The notes beneath the pieces are model-generated. The model searched no databases, had not been told where the DNA came from, and saw only the letters and a program-made list of their open reading frames with translations. A program made the position numbers and the translations under genes. From Sphyrna mokarran (Eukaryota): a stretch of 64,000 nt of DNA. Of this stretch, positions 12,124 through 22,189 are shown piece after piece. The stretch is from positions 6,758,001 to 6,822,000 of the forward strand of contig JAGIQG010000014.1 of NCBI GenBank assembly GCA_024679065.1, read 5' to 3'. Every line of letters starts with the position of its first letter. Position 1 is the first letter of the stretch.

Positions 12124-13052
12124 CTACCTGAACAGGGAGACAAGGTTTAATTTCGCATATTTTTGCAACATCAGAATTATGGTCCAAGGAAATTTCACGA
12201 TCTTCTTCAGCTCTTCCCTGAATTTAGCTTGTGTAGCTGCATAAATACACGTGTTCGTGCATGAACTTAAATGAATGAGCAGTGTTCCGGTTTCGGTGGC
12301 GATAAATGCAGCAGATGTGTAATCCGGCCGGACATAAACAAGCATCCGACTGGCTAGATAACTAATGACTCTTGTCGCCCACAACAATATAAAGCTACTA
12401 GAAATAGTGAACAATAAAATAATGGACTTCTTTCGGTTCTGTATCTCTGGATCATTCTGATTCTCACTGTTTTGAGCCCGCAAGCCGGCACGAGCTTTGC
12501 TGGACAACAAAATCCTTCTGATTGTCAAAAAATTAAATAGCAATATTAAAATGAACGGAATCCAGTTCAATAAGATACTTTGTAACAAGACAAATGCATC
12601 ACCAATTTGAGAAGTATAAAAATCCTGCCTAGGGATGACACCCCATTGAACACCATTTCTTGTGCTTTCATGTTCAAATGCAAACCAAACGTTCAAGTTC
12701 TGCAAATAGATAAGGACTGAGGATGTTGTTAAAACTGCAGCCGCTGTTCTCGCGGTGCAATAGATTGTTTTAAACTTCTGACTACATATAGCAATATATC
12801 GGTCAAACGTGAATGAAACTGTAAACCATACTGACATATAGAAGTTATTACAAAGCATATATATAATTAATTTGCAAACAACAGTGTAGTAGAGGAATGA
12901 ATTTGGAAAACGTTTTGTCAAAACGTTATATAAAAATACATTGATGAGCATCACTAACAAATCTGCGGTTGCCATGGCCACCATGTAGATAGAGACACAT
13001 CTGGAAAGGCCGCAATTTCCTTTGGCGAGGATCACGATGGTCACGAGATTCG
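12124..13052 (-). CDS. GPR139-like orphan class A GPCR, gene A, coding exon 2 (second half of TM1 through TM7; spliced product 332 aa)
   Basis: Open frame with hydrophobic helices and motifs ANL (N1.50), MATADLL (D2.50), VVCK (C3.25), FTFDRY, WIPF, LLWAT and NTCIY. Preceded by a pyrimidine tract and TAG acceptor at 13053-13055. Split codon G|CG = Ala. Confidence 0.93.
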
Positions 13053-13639
13053 CTATAAAAACAAGGGAGAAAAACCAAGTCATGGAAACAGTTTGGTTAC
13101 ACTCAGTATACTTTCGTGAAATGTTTGGATGCACTTTTGCTCGCTTATACACATGGGCTCAGTCTATTGCACAAGACAGCAAAGGTGATATATTTATTGA
13201 AATATCAATATTTAAGCACCTGCGATGTTCTCCCAGTCGCAGTAACAGAAGTACAATCTTTTCTACATGTTGAGGAGAGGGTCGCCAGATTCAGTCTACA
13301 GAATGTTAATGGAAAGCTCTCCTCAGCACCATCGACAACTGAAGAACCCAAGTCTTAAATGGCATCAGTTATGATTTCGGAGACTTGTATAAACCGGGTG
13401 ATCTGGGATCAGCTTCCTTGCATCTATATCGATTTAATTACATTTAGCATCACCCCTGACACTAGCCCGAGACTCCATTCATCCTAAGTCGAAATCAAAC
13501 GTCATGCCGCGTGCCCGAAGGGAAATCCACAGGAAGGAAATTCCGATTTGCTCAATAAATTGTACATTTTGTCATTTCCTCAGTGAGTGTCCTCGGCTCA
13601 AACGTCTTCAGATTCATCTATATTACTCCAATATAACGA

Positions 13640-14632
13640 CATAATTGAGAATGATCATTGATGGCTACACAATGTATCACATGTGAGTCTTCAGATACCG
13701 AAGCAGCCCGTGTCTAAATGCAGCAAGATCTGGACAAAATCCAGATTTGGGCTCACGAGTGGGAATAATGGCTGTGTCACGCAAATATCGGGGAATGGCC
13801 GCTTACACCAATACATAATCTAACCATTTCCCCTTAACATTCGATGCCATCATTGAGTCCGCAACTGTTAGCTTCAACCATAAACTCTACCTGAACTGTG
13901 CGAGCCATATGAAAAATAAAGTTTAGAAAATCTCAGCACGGCTGACAGCTTCCGTCGGGAAGAAAATTGTCGGCGCTTTTTCTAGCATTCCCTACTTTTA
14001 TTTCAGATTTTAGCATGCACTTTATTTGGCTAATTTTAGCAAATAAATAATGTCCACAAAGGCAGATCAGCGGTTTCGAAAGCTTCGGTGAATAACAGAC
14101 CTCTTGTCTCCCAAAATCCTATGCACTGTTTATAAGTTGATGGAGTGATGGAATACTCTCCACTTACCTGCCCGAATGCAGCTCCAAAGACCCTCAAGAT
14201 GTTCTAGACAATGAAGGACAAAGCAGGCAGTCGGATTGCTAACCCGCTCACAAAATGTTAACTACCGCTACTGCAGACGCGCTATAGCAGCCGTGAGCAG
14301 CACTCAAGGAACACACCAGGCACCTTACACAGCATTATACCAAACCCTCGACTACGATCATCTAAAAAGTAACGGGCAGCAGATATCTGAGAACACCGCC
14401 ATCTTAATGTTGTCACAAAGTCATTGAGCGAACTGAGTGGAAAATATATCGCTGTTCCTTCACTGTAATTGTGTCAAAATCTTGGAACTCTCTTTTCCTC
14501 TACCAGCACTGTGGGTGCACTTACAACTTCGAAAGCAGCGAATCAGGAATGCAACTCACCACCCGTATCCGAAGAGCAGCGAAAAATGAAAAATAATGGA
14601 CATGCATGCCCACATCACACAAATAAATAAAA
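13640..14632 (+). mobile_element. Old CR1/L2-group LINE 3' fragment in the GPCR intron (paralogs 1-110 partial, 27060-28045, 39690-40663, 54175-55165)
   Basis: MQQDLDKIQIWA, VMEYSPL and DKA remnants, ending in gcccacatcacacaaataaataaaa. Interrupted by a short unrelated repeat at about 13905-14045. Confidence 0.65.
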
Positions 14633-15368
14633 TGAATGCGACCAAACAAATGATTCATTTCTATACAGTAATTTGCTGCGCTGCAGCTTTGACAACTCAA
14701 TCCATCCACCACGAGGCTTGTATCAGGTGATGCACCGACCAATTGTATAAGTGATCGCGGCGGCACGGTGGGGCAATCCGTTGAACTTAGCGTCTTAAGT
14801 TTACTTTCAAGAGCTGCGTCCAATATCAGGGGCGGTAAGCGTAATATTCACTCGTTATGTAAACAATAATAGTCTTTCAAATAAATCAGTGAGATAAGAA
14901 AATAGCTATTGAAATAAATTCGAAGCGGTGGGATTCTAACGTTTATCATCAGCGGAAGGGAGCTGTCGGGCACAGAAAGGGAAACTGATTTGCAACCCTG
15001 AGGAGAGCAGCAGCCTCCTAAACAGGTTTTCTTTTTCCTTGAAATACATTCCAGTGATTTTTGCTTTCCCGAGAGGCCGCATTTCGAGGTATTGTCATCT
15101 TAAAGAAGTAAGAATACAGATTGTCACTGCAAATAATTCGCATAGAGAATATGAACTGTCGGAAGGGAAGAGTATCAGCCTCAATCTCCGTTAAAGTGGG
15201 GAGGGAATTTAAACTTCAGGTGTCACATTCTGAGCTGAACCGCGGCTCACAGGCGATGACAACCGTTGAGACTCTCACTGATATTCAACAATTTATCTCG
15301 GCAGAGAAAAGACATTGCAATAATGACCTTCTCGCAATCAGTTTGCTGAATCAGTGAGCAGTGAGTGA

Positions 15369-15819
15369 CAAAGAACAAAAACAGCCCGGGAAACAGGCCC
15401 TTGGCCCAATGGCTCCGCAACCTCGATATTCCCACTTCTACCCACGAATCCTGTCATCCCTGTCTATTTTTATAGATCTATGCATTAGAACCAAATTTGA
15501 GACAATTGAGGGAGAATTTGTTCTGTCAATCAGCCTAAGAGCACATCTTTGGGATGTGGGAGGAAACCGGAGCACCCGGAGATAACTCACGCAAGCACGG
15601 GGAGAATGCATAATCTCCCACAGACACCGGCCCAAATCCATGTATCTGCACAGCACAGCAATCGTCAGCTGTCGTGATGCCGATCAACAGGCCCAGGTCA
15701 AGCGTATACTAACAATGTGAAGCAACAGGCTACTCTTGAAAAATCCAAGAGCAGCCCTCTCACGGCACATCGCGTGTATTCCCTTTCTTATACAAGGCGG
15801 ACCGAAGTCCCCGTAGGAT
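15369..15819 (-). mobile_element. Composite V-SINE, intronic copy in gene A
   Basis: Paralog of 856-1328 at the same intron position. Confidence 0.8.
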
Positions 15820-15950
15820 AAAACAAATACATCAATATCTTCAAAAATTTACACATTTCCCAGGGAGTCGCAAGGCTTATGATGCCTATTTTAAAATCAG
15901 TTTTCGATATCCCCCCATGCCCGGTATGCCGCAGCTATGAGACAACTTAC

Positions 15951-16020
15951 CAGGCGTACCAAAAGCTGCCAGCACGGGATAGAAAAAATCATTGAACTGT
16001 AGAATTATTGGGCGGGCCAT
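15951..16020 (-). CDS. GPR139-like GPCR gene A, first coding exon
   Basis: MARPIILQFNDFFYPVLAAFGTP plus G, then donor GTAAGT. Phase 1 matches the acceptor of exon 2 (intron 13053-15950, 2898 bp) and completes TM1. Confidence 0.85.
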
Positions 16021-17744
16021 TGTGATTTCGAGAAGAATGCAAACGTTTCTCTCGATGCACCGTTGTGTAAAAGATTGCGAGACTGTCGCCTTTTATACTG
16101 TAATACATTCCCTAAGGGAAAAAAAATCAGGCTACGCACTAATTGCGTCACTTTCAGCAAATTAAATCAAAAAATCCCTTTCCTCTAGAGGGAATCCGGG
16201 TTGGCCAATCGACACACTGTTAATCCATGAAGTTCTGTCAATTAACATGTGCGATCAGGAAAGAATCCCGGAGCACATGTGTTTTGAGCTGGCTCGCAGA
16301 AGACAGAATGAACTATCCCCATGGACACAATGTTAGATTCTGTCAGCTTCATCATGCACTTACTTAAACCATGCATCTAATGTACAGCTCACGTGTATTT
16401 CGCTCCTGTGTCCATAACTTTTCATTTGATGTGCATTGTGATAATTAGTGATGAATAGCCGTTATTATTTGTGACAATTATCTTACTTTCCAGTGCCTTT
16501 ACTACAATCTGAATTGTAGGAACTAAACTACAAATTTACCATTAGTGTTAATCTATCATTATCAATGCTAATTGAACTTCAATATGTATGAGCTAATGAA
16601 ACATTACTTGAAGTGATACTATTGCAGAGTGTCCCTTGCCTAACCGTGAAATATAGATTAGGCTTTGTAGCATTCTTTACCGTCACTCTGACGCACCAGT
16701 AGGAATTTGAGAGCCAGAGCTTGACACAGCTTGATGGACACGTTGCATCACTCTGAACGAGTGGCAGCAACCTACTGCTGGCGATTGACCTCAATGCAAC
16801 CGAGCTGCAAAGAAAATTTCAGAGTGCGTTGATATATTTTACCTATTTGAGATTTCAGTCAATAAAAAAGCGATGAAAGTAGTTCCTTGCCGTGTGGGCA
16901 CGATATTTCACCCATTGAAATTGCTTTTGCAGAAGTCTCCTCTGATCACTTGGCCAGTATTTAATTTGAGCAATTTTTTGTTGTCTTGGATGATAACTTG
17001 CAAAGTTCCCTTGAAACATTTCTTTTGTGCGCCGCTGATTTGAGATGAAATCAGTTGTCTGGCATTCTGGCGATTGCATCAAATCATCAGAACACTTTTC
17101 CTCATAACATTGAGAAAATCTTGACCAGACTGCATCTTCCGAGTAACTGTGTGTCTGAGAATTTGTCCTGTGTCTTGATTCTGTGACCTTTGTTGAGGCA
17201 GCAAAGGTAGCTGGCTTCGAAGCATTGAAACACAGTTGTAAAATTCTTATATAAAACGTATATTGTGGAGTTCTGGGTGTGAATTGCCATCAGGGTGCAG
17301 AATTACAAATCATCATTTACAAAAATCCTGTGGTCACCATGAATGAATTGTCATAAATACTTGGCGGTTTCACTTATGCCAATGGGGAAGGAAACATTCC
17401 ATCCTCACCTACTGTCATCTGCATGCCAGTCCAGGTATACAGCAACCTATTTGACTCTACCTGCTCTCTTAAGGACGATTTGGGATTAATAGTGAATTAT
17501 GACTTCTACCAGCAGTGTCCCCATCCCATAACTGAATAAAAAGGATTGCTCACCTTGATATCAGCCTCCAACCCCGCCTCAATTACATCATGCCCATCAT
17601 GCCAATGACGTCATGCCCCGTCCTCCATCGTCCAGAGGACAGAAAAGCATAGCTCACAATAGTATGCAAGTTTATTTCTGATGAACTGCTTTCATGCTTT
17701 TTTAGTTACTTCCAAAAATCATGCCTGCATTTGCTGAATTGAAA

Positions 17745-19500
17745 TCGACACTTACTTCATCTGAGGATGCCAAGAAGAATATTCTATACTGCGGTCTCAC
17801 TTCAGTAGCCTTTGGTATTCTCATCCAACATCTGTCGAAATGCACAAAGATAAGTCTACAGTTTTCTTCAGTGTTTCATTCTGTTCTGAAATTTCAGTAT
17901 TCTTTGGTCACAAGTAACATTGATAGTCTCAATGATGATCTTTTATTTCCGTTCTGAAAACGGGGCCATTGTTTGTAGTTTCATCAAAAAACTGACTTCC
18001 TGTGTCTTGCGACCTTTTCATCATCCAAAAGTCATGATTTTGTTTTTGCTAACGTTAGTGTACCTCTGCTTCCATTGAGTTGTAATCATTTTGAACACGC
18101 ATGACAATACTCTTAACTGATGCTAACAAATCTGAAACATTCAGTGAAGTTGCATCAATCTTTAGCAATGGGTTTCTTGGGGCATGAATTTTTTGAAGCA
18201 AGTGGCTCCACAAAACATTAAAAAAAGCAGTATCATGCATTTCAAATTTGTCTGCTAAAAATTTTGTTCAACTTTCACTCTTTTTTAATCCTACAGGTGC
18301 TTTGGTCCACCTTGTTGTCTAACGAGGGGCATACACGCGATGGGTCGTGAGAGAGCTGCTCTTGGATTGTTTTCCAGAGTATCCCAGTGCTTCACGTCGT
18401 TAGTGTACGCTTGACCTGGACCATCTGATGGGCAACACGACAGCTCAGGGACTATCGCTGTGCTGTGCAGATACATGGATTTCGGCCTGTGTCTGTGGGA
18501 GTTTGCGCATTCTCTCCGTGCTTGCGTGGGTTTTCTCCGGGTGCTCCGGTTTCCTCCCACATCCCAAAGGTGTGCTCTTCGGCTAATTGGCAAAACAAAT
18601 TCTTCCTAAATTGTCTCAAATTTGTTTTTTAATCCTTAGATCTATAAAAATGGACTGGGATCGCGGGTAGAGGTGGGAACAGCGGGTAGCGGCGCGGGCT
18701 TGTTGGGCCGAAGGGCCTGTTTCCCGTGCTGTTTTGTTCTTTATTCTTGTTGTTCTTTTTAATTTGATTTGTTTGAAAAGACTTCTTTCATATTAGCAAA
18801 GTTCATTTTCAAAGTCAAAACGACCTATGCACGAGCGGGCCACCTGATATTGAAAACTCTTGACAAAAGTTTTAAATTTGCTTGTTCCAGGCCTGAGTGC
18901 AATACATTCACCGATGAATGGAAACCGAAAAAAAAACATATTATTTCAACACTTCAAGAGCTGGACACTTATAGAGCTGGATTCATGGCAGCGTTGCAGT
19001 TTCAAGTTAAAAAGAGATTGGAATATGGGATGAACAATTCACAGTTCAGTCTCCTCTAAATCTCGATAGATTCCTCCCGTCTCCATGGTATCATCAAGGC
19101 TCTGACCAGTACCAACTTTCAAACTGTAAACCACAAAATTTGTAATAAATTCCAAACATTATTACCTCCAGACAATCAAAAATATGGGATTGTAGCTGCA
19201 AAATATTTTACCCCACTGCAGCGTTGTTGGCCACATAGCTCAAAAGTATTGTTAATTTGTCATACACGATTCACATCTCGCGTTGAATTGACTAATATGG
19301 AATGTTCTTTTTTTTAACATTTTTTACTTCATTCGTGAAATGGTTTCTGAATCACTCTGTCGGACTAGTGATGAACTTAACATAGGCCCTCAACAATGAA
19401 ACGTTGGTCTTCCTAATGCATAATACCGATGACTTCCGAAATGCTCTTGGATAAGTTTATCAAATTCACAGAGATAATCAAAACATTTTCTTAAGGCGAT
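17745..19500 (-). mobile_element. hAT transposase relic (paralog), interrupted by the V-SINE at 18290-18753
   Basis: Homologous to 3290-4565. Includes ORF 18055..18240. Confidence 0.7.
18290..18753 (+). mobile_element. Composite V-SINE, independent insertion upstream of gene A, inside the hAT relic
   Basis: Head, V domain and gggccgaagggcctgttt tail, flanked by a tcttttt(t)aat duplication. The empty site is seen near 3825, 31700 and 44370. Confidence 0.88.
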
Positions 19501-20015
19501 ATGACTGATACTTTACCACGTTATAAAACATGTGCCCAATGTTTTCCCACATCATTAATATACCTAAGTTATAAAATGTTTTTATCATTCTCGCAATCAG
19601 AGTTTTGTCCGAAATATGTGTCACCTATCAATTTATACGCGGTGCATTCGCGTATACCTCCTACCTCCGAGTTATTAACACGTATTGTAAACAATTGCGG
19701 ACCCAGCACTGATCCCCATGGGAGTTCATTGGTTACTGATCGCCAAAGAGAAATCTTTTCATCATTTACTGTTTTTTTTTAATACAGAATCGATTGATTT
19801 ATGTTACTTAACATTACACGGGAAAGTGTGACAATGAATAGATGGGATCGCATTTTACAACGACAAATCGCATATTCAATAATTTTGCAATTAGTAAAAC
19901 CAATCTCTGACCATTTTATAATTCCACTGATAGTTTCACAATACAATACGTGCCATAATAAATGCAAACCTCAAAGCAGTCCGAAGCTTTCCCGGCGCAA
20001 CGGCAACTGCAAATT

Positions 20016-20080
20016 GCTTAGTTAGTCAAAGCGCTTGCCTAGTAAACAGGGCATCTTGAATTCAAATCACAGCGGTGCCT
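20016..20080 (+). pseudogene. tRNA-Thr(AGT)-derived pseudogene
   Basis: gcttagttagtcaaagcgcttgcctAGTaaacagg...agcggtgcct followed by tttt. B box mutated to ATTCAAATC. Confidence 0.78.
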
Positions 20081-22189
20081 TTTTGAATTTGTTCTAAGCA
20101 TGGCGTCAAATCAAAACAGCGACATCGAGAAAGACAGGAAATGTTGTATAAAACTTCTGGAGGACCATAGTATGTTAGTATTAAAATTTGTTGGTTATCC
20201 TCCCTTTCTGAATCAGTTTAATTCCAATGTTGCACCTCCCCCGCAAATACATCTATCCTTCGTTCTTCAGTTTTGCATTCATAAAGTTCGAACCTATCTT
20301 CCGTTTCACACAGTTTCTTACATTGCACTGCTAAAATGCACGTTAATGCTATCATCAAAATTCCCTTTGGCTTGCGCTCCGTGACGTATTTGGGAAATCT
20401 CTGTTAGCTGTCATCGACCACTGTACACCTCTTTTGATCCGTTATTTGCTGCAGCAGATTCATACTTATTATGTTGTTTTTGTTGCAGGTTTTTGCAAAT
20501 GCACCATCAACGTGTTGAATGGTTGCAGCAAGAACTGTGTGAAAGGATGCAACAATTTATGTTACTGTACGTGAGATAGGAAAGACTCGGGAGGGATAAA
20601 TAGTGAAATTTCTTTGATTAAGACTCGGATTGATCTACCGACTTACACCTCTAGCATTTATGATTCACACAATTTAGAGCACAGTTTACTGCATTGACAC
20701 TCAAACCCATCGAACACCAAATAATACCCTTTCTGACACGCACAATCCGTCTCTGGTTCTTTGTTTCCCCAAAATTAATGCAATCTTCAAACCCGCCGAA
20801 GAAGGAGTGCAGACAGTGGGTAACAACAATTGTCGTATCACACACTACTGGCAAGTGAAAGTCAGACGACTTCTAAAATGAAGTCAGTCTGTATGTGAGG
20901 GAAATGCACTGGAGAGGGTAAATTACCAAAGATCGGAATATGAAAATAAAAAAGGGAGTCATGCCTTTAGTCAAATAGTGAAGGCAGCTATGCTGCTTCA
21001 AATTGGCCATAAAACATTAAACCAGGTGTTTCAATGTGCTACTCAGTGCATGGGCGCTGCTTTCAATTTCAGGAAGCCACAAAAAATGAGCAAGTTATTG
21101 GGTCATATCGTCCGTACAAAATCACGCCGTAAGGAGATTGTGCGTCGCACATCCGCGTCTTGTCAATACGGAAGTCCCATTGTGCACTGTAAAGGCGCCA
21201 TGTTCAAACCTTTGGGTGCCTTCATTTAATCGCTTTCAGGATTGAAGCGCTCTGCTGAAGTGACTGTGATGAGACAGCGCGAACTTCTCTTCCTGAAGGA
21301 AAAGTAATAGCTGAGGATTTATGCCTGCTTATTTGCACTTTTATCTGCTTCTGTTGAAACGATTGGAAGAAGCACACATATTTCAGGTCAGTTCTTCTTT
21401 TCCTTTCTCGAACCACATAACAATCTAATTGACTGCTAAATGTTCTCTCAGGGGCCATTTGAGATGAACAGTAAATTGTATCCGAGGCCAACAGCTCCCC
21501 CGTCGCACAAATGGATAAAACCTACTCCCTTCCTTTATTCAATTTGCCATCATTTGTGTGTAAGACCTGAGTCTTCCGGTTGGGTTTGACGTGTGTACTC
21601 ACTCTCTTCCTTATATTGATAATTTCTTGCAGAAATATTGCCCACATAATGGAGCGTGTTTTGGGGCAATTGTTTATTACAACGCCTAAACTACATTTCG
21701 ATTGTTTCATGTCTAGTTCAGTAATTTAACACGCACAGCCGCAGTGAAGGCCAGCCTGTGCACAACACTGGATAAGAAACATTCTTTTACTTTCTGGCAA
21801 ACTATTCCAAATAGAGGGGTTGAAGAAGTTTGACTGGTATTTATCCTGCATTTCCCTTTCATTGCTACAGCTGCCAAACTATATCAACTGTTATGTGCTC
21901 ATCAGTAATGCAAAAACAATGCAATCTCCTGGAAGAAGCGATTAATCATCTGGGTAAACTGCGCCTATTGACATTCTGCAGGTTCTGAATTGATATCAGG
22001 GCAATGCATGTTGACGAATTCTGATCATGTGATGCATACGAGAAGAACTACAACAGGACAAATAAACGCAGACTACTTGGATGAACTGATGGATCGGAGA
22101 CAAATGACAAAGAGCGGAAAGATTATATTCATTTAAAGTACATTTGGCATTGAATTAGGGAGTGACATTACGACACAAAAATCATCAGG

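Noticed and set aside
13053-13152. ORF-track N-terminus of the GPCR (MYKRAKVHP...), implying a single-exon gene
   Set aside because: The start is not conserved between paralogs, the sequence is the acceptor pyrimidine tract, and a conserved in-phase upstream exon completes TM1.
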